Shown: positions 27,673-36,318 of the stretch, piece after piece
How positions within the stretch are numbered: the stretch's first letter is position 1
Layout: each line of letters begins with the position of its first letter
Assembly (NCBI GenBank): GCA_041671045.1
Contig: JBAZCF010000006.1
Coordinates: 19,290-83,289, forward strand
Reading direction: 5' to 3'
DNA: 64,000 bases
DNA from: Parachlamydiales bacterium
GTDB lineage: Bacteria > Chlamydiota > Chlamydiia > Chlamydiales > JABDDJ01
Program-made: the position numbers and the translations under genes
Notes under the pieces: generated by a model
The model's database searches: none
Told to the model about the DNA's origin: nothing
Seen by the model: the letters and a program-made list of their open reading frames with translations, nothing else

Positions 27673-29173
27673 CCCAAGGGTTAATGCGATTGCGTTCATC
27701 CTTATCCAATAGAAGGTAAAGTAAAGGAAGGGTAACGGCAACATATAAAAAACCTGCTGTAAGGAGCTGTTTGGCAGCTTCTCCCCGATCTTTGGGCAGA
27801 TCTTGCTGGAGCATCAAAGCGATAATAACCGCTGTAATATATGGGGCAACTCCGGGCAAAAAGACCTTTTGCAGATAAATACGTTGCGAAATACCGATCA
27901 TGGAATTGCTATAGATTATGTATGCAGTAGCGGCTATGATCATGCCACCGGCAACGCCCCAGTTTATGGCTTCCAAGCTTATTCCAAAGTATTGTTTAGC
28001 AATAAAAAATCCTGCGCAGCAGATAATTAGTTGTCCGACGGCGTAATAGAGCTCTTTTCCGGGCTGTCCGGTACTTCTATAGATAGCAGATGCAGGCCCT
28101 GTTAGTGTATCCATCTGATAAGCGATTGTAAAAAAGGTCAGGATTTGAACAGCCGGACTGTATTTCTCGAGATTTCCCAACCACAGCATGATCAGAGGAA
28201 TGGCCCAAGTCCAGAGAAAGGCCAACATCAGCCCAGCTAGCATATGCAGATACCTGCCCCCTAACAGATACAATTCCACTATCCCTTCTTTCTCATTCTT
28301 AGCATGCATATAAGCTGTAGAAGGAAGAAGAACCATATTGAAGACGCCGGGGAAATTGATAGCTGCCAAAGGGATCTTCTCCCCTATATCGTAGAGGGCG
28401 GTTGTGGCTGGACCAAAGAATGTTCCTGCAAAAATCTTTTCTAGGCTGCGATTGAATACACCAAGCATGCCTGAAAGCTGTACAATTCCTCCAAAACGAT
28501 AAAATAGGTGTAATGTCGCTTTATCGAAGTCATTAAAACGGAATTTCAGTTCAGGAAGATAGATTTTACATGCTGTAAATTGAGCGGCTACAAGGTAAAT
28601 AGTGCGGATAGAGTAGGCGATAAGCAAGCTGTAGATACCATATCCTTGGTTTAGAAAAAAAAGAATCAGTAGGACTTCAAGGACAAATGCGCTTGTGCTG
28701 ATCATCCTTTCCATGGCGATTTTCTGTATGCCTTGCATGATGGCACTGAAGGCACCGAAGATTAAATCGAAGAAAAATACCAATACAGTTCCGAAGATAA
28801 GCCAAAAAGCTAAATCCAATTGTTCTAAAGGAACATTTAGCCAGATTAGGGCTTTGGGGAGGAATAAGAAGACTAAAGGGATGAGTACCAAAGCTGCTAT
28901 TGCAATAGAGAGGATGCCCGTAGACATCAACCTATTGATTGCGGGGGTGTTTTCGTGGACGTAATATTCTGCACTATATTTCACATATACATTGGCGATG
29001 CCAAAGACTGACATTCCTATATAACTGATAAGAATGAAGGCATAGGACCAGAAGCCGTATTCCTCGATTTTGACATAGCTAAGAACTAGAGGAGGAACGA
29101 TCAGTCTAGTGCCAAAAATGATGATCAGCATAGACATTGTAATAAGTACATCGCGGCTAAACTGCTTGTGCAT
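27656..29173 (-). CDS. Wzx-type flippase (MOP/polysaccharide biosynthesis protein family)
   Basis: 505 aa with ~12-14 hydrophobic helices throughout. Size and context are typical of Wzx. Its 3-prime end overlaps the convergent Wza-like gene by 17 nt. Confidence 0.65.
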   Translation of the reverse strand: MHKQFSRDVLITMSMLIIIFGTRLIVPPLVLSYVKIEEYGFWSYAFILISYIGMSVFGIANVYVKYSAEYYVHENTPAINRLMSTGILSIAIAALVLIPLVFLFLPKALIWLNVPLEQLDLAFWLIFGTVLVFFFDLIFGAFSAIMQGIQKIAMERMISTSAFVLEVLLILFFLNQGYGIYSLLIAYSIRTIYLVAAQFTACKIYLPELKFRFNDFDKATLHLFYRFGGIVQLSGMLGVFNRSLEKIFAGTFFGPATTALYDIGEKIPLAAINFPGVFNMVLLPSTAYMHAKNEKEGIVELYLLGGRYLHMLAGLMLAFLWTWAIPLIMLWLGNLEKYSPAVQILTFFTIAYQMDTLTGPASAIYRSTGQPGKELYYAVGQLIICCAGFFIAKQYFGISLEAINWGVAGGMIIAATAYIIYSNSMIGISQRIYLQKVFLPGVAPYITAVIIALMLQQDLPKDRGEAAKQLLTAGFLYVAVTLPLLYLLLDKDERNRINPWAKTAV

Positions 29174-29270
29174 ATTCTCCCTAGGAGGACTTGTGAAACT
29201 TTAGAATTCGTTTACATGTAATGTATCCCTGTGTTAAATAAAAATTTAGGATAATTATTTAGAGGTAGAA

Positions 29271-29786
29271 ATGGCTGCTGACAATACAAAAATTGAATCC
29301 GTACGAGTGGCGCTGAAAAGAATTTTTGCGTTACCAGTGAATAAATCCACTTTTAGGCAAGTGCAAAATGCAGTTGCTGTGATCTTCCAAAGTGAACCTA
29401 ACCATGCAAATGAAGTATTAGAGGCGCTTTTCACAGGCAATTTTAAAAATGGGCAGGAATCGCTTAAAGGCCTTTACAAAGAATATGACGAGCAGTTAAA
29501 AGTTGCCCGCGAAGTATTTGAAAGGGGATCATTCCTAACATTGATCACTTCAGACAGACTTGCACAAGGCGATAGAGTCATGTTCAACAATCTAATCCGC
29601 AGGATCGACGGCGAGCAGATAGAGTTTATCACTGACATTGAAAGTACATTCCAGATGATAAAACACTTTATTGGAAGACTCCAGGAAGTGCAGTCATTGG
29701 ATGTAGATAAGAAGCTTAGAGAAGTTGTGAAAAATGAAATCGCTGATCTCCACCGTATGACCGACACAATAATTGCAGCGAAGTAG
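29271..29786 (+). CDS. Hypothetical cytoplasmic alpha-helical protein
   Basis: 171-aa ORF with no signal peptide. No motif was recognised. Confidence 0.5.
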   Translation: MAADNTKIESVRVALKRIFALPVNKSTFRQVQNAVAVIFQSEPNHANEVLEALFTGNFKNGQESLKGLYKEYDEQLKVAREVFERGSFLTLITSDRLAQGDRVMFNNLIRRIDGEQIEFITDIESTFQMIKHFIGRLQEVQSLDVDKKLREVVKNEIADLHRMTDTIIAAK

Positions 29787-29999
29787 TAAAAGCTTCAAAA
29801 TTCAGAGCGCTCGTTGCGTTTTAACCTCAAATACATAGAATGCTGCTCCATTTTAAGTATTTGGGGTTCCTGTTGTCAGTATTTCCCTTTTTCAAAAAAG
29901 TTATCTCCCTTCTGCTTCTCCTCTATGTGCAACAACGTTTGATCATACAAAAAACCAGCTACGGGGAAAAGACTTTTCTAATGCAGTAGAGAAGCGAAT

Positions 30000-30024
30000 A
30001 GCAGGTATCTAGAAAATACCTGCT
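30000..30024. terminator. Hairpin between convergent genes (candidate bidirectional terminator)
   Basis: AGCAGGTAT-ctagaaa-ATACCTGCT, a 9-bp stem immediately after the stop of the 30028-31392 gene. Confidence 0.35.
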
Positions 30025-30027
30025 GAA

Positions 30028-31392
30028 TTATAGACCTGTCAGCTTACGGAAAGAACTGAGGGGCTTACGCATGATAAAATAAAGGAGAGAAACTTTTTCG
30101 CCATACAGAACGGCCGTTCCTTTTAGACCTAAGCGGGCCTGGTTCTTTTCGTCTTCCCATTTTGCTTCTGCGATGAAACTAGGGATTTGGCTTTCAGCTA
30201 TCAGGCTTTCATTGGCGATATAGTTGATTCTCGCCAGATGAGTCACTTCCGGTTCGATATTCAAATATACACGTACGGGCTCTTCTAGGTTAAGGGGAAT
30301 GTTATCGCTTTCAGGAATCCAAATACGTACTATTGTATCATTAGGCTCGCTGATGGTTAGGATTTTTTCACCTACCTTAACAGGTTTTCCACGCCATTCT
30401 TCCGGACTTTGTAAGATCACTACGCCGCCAAATGGAGCTTGTATGTCCAACCTCCCTTTCTGATAAACGGCTTGTTGAAAGCGGATCTTCGCCTTCTCTA
30501 ACTTTAGGGTAAGCACTGATATTTCTGTTTGGGAAAGAGTATCTTGCAGCCCTAAGGTCATGGAACGGTTCAATTCTTCTTGAGCAATCTCGACTTCTTT
30601 CTGCGCAGCTTTATATTCTTGGTCGGGAATTTCTTTGTCGTAAAGCGCAAGAAGTTCATCCGCTTTCACTAATTGTCCTGGTTTGACCACGATGCTATCG
30701 ATGACACCATCCAGAGGAGCTTTTACTACAATAGGATTACGTGGAACAACCTCACAAGGCGCAACAACACGGAGAGGGATCTGGATCACGAGACCTGTCA
30801 ACAAAAGTAAACTTCCCAGCCAGAGAAGGCTTTTCTTATTGATGCGCTGTCTCCAAGGACGCCATGCAACGCCGAATTTCTCCCAGGCACTCGTATATCC
30901 CGGGAAAAGACAAGAGGAAACGATCTCTAGGGCATCGTTATTTTTTTCGTAATATTCTTCAGTAGAGATATTCCATGACTCTAACCAAACACCTACACGT
31001 GGTTTTACGTCCTGTAAGGGGAACCAAAATATTGTTTTTTTTGTATCGCCAACAAACTTCTCCCAGGCATCGGACTGTGTGTTGAAGCTGTCTTTATTGA
31101 TAACTTGAGGCTTGTCAGGCTCTTTAATATCGGCGACAAGTTTTTCTATCTGTTTGGACAATGCAGAGCGTTCGTTAACTCCTATTTGTCCTGAAGCGCA
31201 GGTGAGAACGGGACGGCTGTCCCATTCCCATAACAGTGCACGGTCATAAGGGAGTACGACTTTGGTGTCGTTTACAATTAGAAATCGCAGTGCCTCACGG
31301 GTAGGCACATTGAATGACTTAATTAATAAACGATTCGAAATCAGGAGATGGGTTGAAACCCCTGATTTAATTTCTCTCTTCGTTTGTACCAC
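30028..31392 (-). CDS. HlyD-family membrane fusion protein with ~185-aa cytoplasmic N-terminal domain
   Basis: 454 aa with a single TM (LLWLGSLLLLTGLVIQI). A barrel-sandwich/lipoyl-like motif APLDGVIDSIVVKPGQLVKADELLALYD follows, then a coiled coil, then APFGGVV. Confidence 0.7.
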   Translation of the reverse strand: MVQTKREIKSGVSTHLLISNRLLIKSFNVPTREALRFLIVNDTKVVLPYDRALLWEWDSRPVLTCASGQIGVNERSALSKQIEKLVADIKEPDKPQVINKDSFNTQSDAWEKFVGDTKKTIFWFPLQDVKPRVGVWLESWNISTEEYYEKNNDALEIVSSCLFPGYTSAWEKFGVAWRPWRQRINKKSLLWLGSLLLLTGLVIQIPLRVVAPCEVVPRNPIVVKAPLDGVIDSIVVKPGQLVKADELLALYDKEIPDQEYKAAQKEVEIAQEELNRSMTLGLQDTLSQTEISVLTLKLEKAKIRFQQAVYQKGRLDIQAPFGGVVILQSPEEWRGKPVKVGEKILTISEPNDTIVRIWIPESDNIPLNLEEPVRVYLNIEPEVTHLARINYIANESLIAESQIPSFIAEAKWEDEKNQARLGLKGTAVLYGEKVSLLYFIMRKPLSSFRKLTGL

Positions 31393-32221
31393 TCTTCTTT
31401 CTCATGTAACCGATATCTTGCTTCGGTAAATGTGCTGCCTGTGTTTGAGATAGCTGGGTCAATCCTGTCATACCTACGCGAAGTTTGTCGTCGCTATTAT
31501 CAATCTCTGCTTCAGCTTTGAAAGTGGAACTTGAGGGGTCGATAACGGATCCAACACGTGTGATTTTACCTGTGACGGTTTCGCCTGTCTCTCTAATTTT
31601 AATAGAGATAGGATCACCCACTTTTACTTTGGTATAATAGCTTGAGGGCAGCAATAGACGAGCGCGAAGAATAGAATCATCAATAATTTCTACGATTTTT
31701 TTCCCAGGCTGTGGTAACTCATGTTCTTCAACAGCAAGTTCAACAACTTTGCCGGAATAAGGAGCTTTTATACTTGTTGCTCTGAGATTTTTGTTTGCCA
31801 AAATAACATCGGCGTAAGCACTTGCTACGTTAGCTTCTGCTTCTTTCAGTTCAAACAATGAGGCAATTTTTTCTCTGTACAACTGCTCTTTAGCAGAAAA
31901 CTCTGTTTTAGCACGTGCTAAGATAGCTTCTGCTTTCAGGCGGTTTGCTTCCAGCACTGTAGGGTCTTGCAGAATGAGAATATCTCCTTCATTGAAAGAA
32001 TCGCCCATACGGAAGTTGATTTTACTTACCGGGAATTCTACTTCTGCAGATAGCTGAGTACGATAGTAAGGATCTAAAATAACACGAAAAAGTTTTGTCT
32101 GCTCTTGAGGCTCGACTTCAGGTGTTAAAGTTGTATCAAGTGAACACAGACTTCCTGGGTAGCTAAGAGCAGCTCCGCTGATCCACATCCCAATGACTAA
32201 ATTCCGTAAGATGTTATGCAT
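31367..32221 (-). CDS. HlyD/RND-adaptor family membrane fusion protein
   Basis: 284 aa with a signal/anchor, MGDSFNEGDILILQD, a coiled-coil hairpin (ANRLKAEAILARAK...), and IKAPYSGKVVELAVEE plus VGDPISIKI beta-barrel motifs. Confidence 0.75.
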   Translation of the reverse strand: MHNILRNLVIGMWISGAALSYPGSLCSLDTTLTPEVEPQEQTKLFRVILDPYYRTQLSAEVEFPVSKINFRMGDSFNEGDILILQDPTVLEANRLKAEAILARAKTEFSAKEQLYREKIASLFELKEAEANVASAYADVILANKNLRATSIKAPYSGKVVELAVEEHELPQPGKKIVEIIDDSILRARLLLPSSYYTKVKVGDPISIKIRETGETVTGKITRVGSVIDPSSSTFKAEAEIDNSDDKLRVGMTGLTQLSQTQAAHLPKQDIGYMRKKSGTNEERN

Positions 32222-32240
32222 AAAAGTTACCCTTTGTTTA

Positions 32241-34121
32241 TCAATAGTTGTGCGATGGGTTCATAAATTCATCGAAGTCCGGATCATATTGCAAATCACT
32301 TCCCTCTGGGGTCCTGATTGGTTCGGATCGATCAAAGTTTTGTTCAGGAACATATCCTGGCTCTAGCATGCTCCTTTCAGTAGAATCTACATCCCAAGTA
32401 TTCGTTGAAGGTAACTTATAAGAAGGATCATACTGTGATCCTGCGCCTTCTCCGGAGGAGGATTTCAGCCATGACTCATTTTTATTAACTGAAGATGATG
32501 TTTGCTGCGGCAAACGGAAATCTGTATCCAAAGGGTTGTCATTTTGCGTGTCTTTGGGGAGATTGATATCCGATTTGTAGTTCATCATATCGCGCAGGGA
32601 AGGAAAATCCTGCATTAAAGGAGGCAATGCCTGCTGTTCAGATTGAGTATAACCTTCCATTACGTCTTTCATTTCATCTTCTTCTTCGCAATCACATGGG
32701 CATCCATCTTGGTTTGTAATATACCCTGGAATACCCAGAGCATTATTTAACTGCTCGATAGATATTTGCGCTTCGCCATAGGCTTTAAGGGCGTCAATTT
32801 CAGCGAATAGGGCATCTGCTTGGAATTTGATCACATCCGCAGCATGCAATCTACCGGCTTTTTGTTCCTTTTCCGCAGCGTTTAGGATTGTAGCATATGT
32901 TTCCTTCAAGTCATTTACAATTTTGAAGGATTTGAAGTTATCCATATATGTCAGGTGGGATAAGTGGACTTGGGTAATCACGCCGACAGAGACAGCTAAT
33001 CTGTTGTGTCTGGCTAGAACTTGGCGCCATCTTGCTCCCCTTTCATTCACTAGCTGGCGTGGAATTTGGAAGAGGTTCCATGTAGCACGTAAACCGGCCT
33101 GAATCCAGTGGTTATAGATAAGGAATGAGTTGGTATCATTGTAGTTACCGGCGAAAAGCTCTGCACTGGGGAACATTTGCAGAACGGCAATTCTAGCTTC
33201 TTCCACCATGACTTGTTCTTGCAGATCTCCGATATATAATTCGGGACGATTTTTAAGAGCGCATTTCTCGTATTCACAGATATCGATATTTTTCAGGCAA
33301 GGAAGAGGTTCAATGCAAGGTTCAGCCAATTCAAAAGTTAGGCAAGGAGGCAGAGCCATAAATTGGCTTAATGCCATTATAGCTTCATGATAGTCCCTAG
33401 CATATTTTTGAATATCCCTTTCGATATTCAGCAATAGCGTTTTAGCAACAAGGCCTTTTTGGACAGGAATAAGTTGTTCTTGGATTTGTCTAACAAAAAC
33501 AGCGGCTTTGCTCTTGGCAGAACGCAGCAGACGGCGTCCTTTTTCGATCGCGTGTTTTGAAGCAATGGCTTTCCAGTATTGTTTTGTAATATCCAGGACT
33601 AAGTTTTGTTTTAGCCTTTCGTATTCCATGCGAATGATCAGGCCTTTGTCGGCTTCTTGTGCTGAACGATAGTAGGCAAGACCGAAGTCAAGAAGGTTCC
33701 ATACAGCATAGAAGTTGTAGAGTGTACGTGCTCGCGTTGCGGAGATACTTGGAGGAGCAGGGGGTATTCCAGGGGATAATGATTGGGAGAAGGATCCGGT
33801 ATTGTTATTTCTATCACTGCTATCCACGCTTGCTATTAAGCTAGGAAGCATCTTAAGTCTTTCACCCGTAACGACTTCTCTTTGAACTTCATATTCATAG
33901 AGCTTAACCATTGCATCTAGGTTTTGCTCTAGAGCAATTTCAATAATATCGCAAAGTGAAAGAGGTCGTAATGGAAGATTAGTTCTTAGATTTAATTCTT
34001 CATACTCAAACTCTGCATTAAACTCTCGTGATCCATCATCTATATATGGATTATGATAGCATCCTGAGAGAAGAGTACTTGCTAGTAATGCGAAAAAAAT
34101 ACGTTTCATGTTGTTACTCAA
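32241..34121 (-). CDS. TolC-family outer-membrane factor lipoprotein with ~150-aa acidic C-terminal extension
   Basis: 626 aa with lipobox LLSGC. Two OEP-type helical repeats are present (AVWNLLDFGLAYY..., ATWNLFQIP...). A low-complexity tail follows ...PCDCEEEDE. Confidence 0.7.
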   Translation of the reverse strand: MSNNMKRIFFALLASTLLSGCYHNPYIDDGSREFNAEFEYEELNLRTNLPLRPLSLCDIIEIALEQNLDAMVKLYEYEVQREVVTGERLKMLPSLIASVDSSDRNNNTGSFSQSLSPGIPPAPPSISATRARTLYNFYAVWNLLDFGLAYYRSAQEADKGLIIRMEYERLKQNLVLDITKQYWKAIASKHAIEKGRRLLRSAKSKAAVFVRQIQEQLIPVQKGLVAKTLLLNIERDIQKYARDYHEAIMALSQFMALPPCLTFELAEPCIEPLPCLKNIDICEYEKCALKNRPELYIGDLQEQVMVEEARIAVLQMFPSAELFAGNYNDTNSFLIYNHWIQAGLRATWNLFQIPRQLVNERGARWRQVLARHNRLAVSVGVITQVHLSHLTYMDNFKSFKIVNDLKETYATILNAAEKEQKAGRLHAADVIKFQADALFAEIDALKAYGEAQISIEQLNNALGIPGYITNQDGCPCDCEEEDEMKDVMEGYTQSEQQALPPLMQDFPSLRDMMNYKSDINLPKDTQNDNPLDTDFRLPQQTSSSVNKNESWLKSSSGEGAGSQYDPSYKLPSTNTWDVDSTERSMLEPGYVPEQNFDRSEPIRTPEGSDLQYDPDFDEFMNPSHNY

Positions 34122-34142
34122 GAGCTAAGGAGTTAAACTTTT

Positions 34143-34171
34143 TTGATTTTAATGCAATAAATACATAAATT
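34143..34171 (+). promoter_or_regulatory. Candidate promoter in the divergent TolC-operon / M50 gene intergenic region
   Basis: TTGATT-17 nt-TAAATT in a 76-bp AT-rich divergent intergenic region. Confidence 0.25.
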
Positions 34172-34197
34172 TTATTTTTTATTGTATAAAAATTATT

Positions 34198-36318
34198 ATG
34201 ACAAGTATTTTCTTTAGTTCAGAAACCCCTCTTCCTGCTTTTCGCCAGGATCTTCAGGTCTTTCGTGGACCTGACGAGAAGGATGGCTATCCAAGCTATT
34301 CCTTATTTGATCCTATCATGGGCCAATATTTCCGCCTTTCATGGTCTGAACTCACCATAATGAAAGCTTTAAAGCCGGGCATGACTCCGGAATTGCTCCA
34401 CGAATATTTGTTAGCAAATACTACTTTAAAACCGACCATCGAACAGCTTAAAATGTTCTTTGAAAGTGCGGGAGCTCGGCATCTTCTGGATGTAAAGCTT
34501 TCTTCGGAACATTTTTATTTGCAGGCAGTTAGGAAAAAAGGAAATTGGTTCTGGTGGGTACTGATGCATTATCTCTATTTTCGTTTGCATTTGACAAATC
34601 CTTCCAGCTTTTTAAAGCGAACACTCCCTTATGTTTCCTTCTTAGCAACTAAGACGATGTTTGTGCTTTATGCCATCCTCACGATCTACGGGTTGTCTTT
34701 AATTTTTTCCAAATGGGATACCTATTTTGCGACACTTTTGTACTTTTTCAGTGTATCCGGGGCTTTAGCGTACGGGTTGGCTATAATCCTTGTTAAAATC
34801 ATCCATGAATTAGCACATGCCTATACGGCAGCTTACTTCAACGTCAGGGTCCCCTCTATGGGAGTGGCGTTTATCGTGATGTGGCCTGTATTATATACGG
34901 ATGTGACGGATGGATGGCAGTTACGGAAAAGGAGTGAGAGGTTTTTCATATCGGCTGCGGGCATTATTGCAGAGACAATTATTGCCGGCTTAGCAACGAT
35001 AGGGTGGTCTTTTTCCGAGCCCGGCATTTTTCAAAGTATGTGTTTTATAGTCTCCACTTCTTCGTGGGCATCCACCTTAATGATCAACTTGAATCCTGCG
35101 ATGAGATTTGACGGCTATTTCTTATTAAGCGACATGTGGGGAATAGACAATTTGCAGGAACGGGCCTTCCGTTACACCCGCTGGAAATTGCGTTATTTGT
35201 TTTTGGGTGTGGATATGCCCAATCCTGAAGAAGAATTAGCTGAAAGCCATGCTTTTGGATTAATAGTTTATACTATTTATACCTGGATTTATCGATTTAT
35301 TTTATACGCTGTTATTGCGGTCTTTGTTTACTATGCGTTTACAAAGGCTTTAGGCATTTTCTTATTCATTTTAGAGGTAGCGGTTTTTATTTTATGGCCG
35401 CTTTTTAGTGAAATCAAAGATAGCGCAAGATTGTGGAAGATGTTTCATTTAGGAAAAAGACAAAAAATCATTTGGGGCATCATAGGACTAATTCTTGCAT
35501 GGATTGTACTTCCATTGCCCCACCAAGAGTCTGCTACAGGTGTAGTCGTCCCTACAGAGCTCGAAGGGGTATATGTCCCTGAAGCATCAAAAGTGAAAAA
35601 TGTTAATGCGAAAATCAATGATCCGGTGGAAAAAGATCAGACTTTAGTTAGTTTAGATTCTACACCGCTTAATTTATACCTCAAAGAGCTGGAAGCTCAG
35701 ATGGAACTGATACAGAAACAGATCGATACTCTCGAAGCGACTGAAGATAAGAAGTCCTATGTTCCCGGTAAGCAGGCTGAGCTGTCAACAACTAAGGAAA
35801 AGTATATCGGCGCTAAAGAAAGGATGAACAATCTTGAGATCAAGGCCAAAAGCTCCGGCGAGCTGTATCAGTGGAACAGATATATGTACCCTGGACAGTA
35901 TTTAGAAGGCGGGACACTCATTGGTAAGATAGCTGACATCAAAGACCTAAAGATTGTTACCCTCATCCCGGAGATACTGCTTAATAAAATACAAGTAGGC
36001 TATAGCGCAACATTTTGGGTACCTAGCACGGAAGGGTATTATCCTGGCGAAGTGACTAAAATCGAGCCTTTTAGAACAGATAATTTGAAATACCCTCAAT
36101 TAGCTTCTATCTATCATGGAGAGATTGCAACAGTGGAGAAAAATTCCCGATTGGAACTTGTCGACACGTATTACACAGTTGAGGTCAAATTAAATCCCGC
36201 CCAGAAGCTACCTATAGGAACTATAGGTTATATACGCTGGCATGGACCCTTTTCATCACTCCTCTATGACTGGATCAAGAAGGTCCGCAGCATTGTTGTG
36301 CGTGAGAGCGGATTCTAA
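34198..36318 (+). CDS. Site-2-protease (peptidase M50) fused to a C-terminal HlyD-like periplasmic adaptor domain
   Basis: 706 aa. HELAH is at 34804-34818 and the second S2P motif is NLNPAMRFDGYF. Several TM helices are followed by a coiled coil (LELIQKQIDTLEATEDKK...) and beta-barrel motifs (IKAKSSGELY, VGYSATFWVP). Confidence 0.75.
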   Translation: MTSIFFSSETPLPAFRQDLQVFRGPDEKDGYPSYSLFDPIMGQYFRLSWSELTIMKALKPGMTPELLHEYLLANTTLKPTIEQLKMFFESAGARHLLDVKLSSEHFYLQAVRKKGNWFWWVLMHYLYFRLHLTNPSSFLKRTLPYVSFLATKTMFVLYAILTIYGLSLIFSKWDTYFATLLYFFSVSGALAYGLAIILVKIIHELAHAYTAAYFNVRVPSMGVAFIVMWPVLYTDVTDGWQLRKRSERFFISAAGIIAETIIAGLATIGWSFSEPGIFQSMCFIVSTSSWASTLMINLNPAMRFDGYFLLSDMWGIDNLQERAFRYTRWKLRYLFLGVDMPNPEEELAESHAFGLIVYTIYTWIYRFILYAVIAVFVYYAFTKALGIFLFILEVAVFILWPLFSEIKDSARLWKMFHLGKRQKIIWGIIGLILAWIVLPLPHQESATGVVVPTELEGVYVPEASKVKNVNAKINDPVEKDQTLVSLDSTPLNLYLKELEAQMELIQKQIDTLEATEDKKSYVPGKQAELSTTKEKYIGAKERMNNLEIKAKSSGELYQWNRYMYPGQYLEGGTLIGKIADIKDLKIVTLIPEILLNKIQVGYSATFWVPSTEGYYPGEVTKIEPFRTDNLKYPQLASIYHGEIATVEKNSRLELVDTYYTVEVKLNPAQKLPIGTIGYIRWHGPFSSLLYDWIKKVRSIVVRESGF

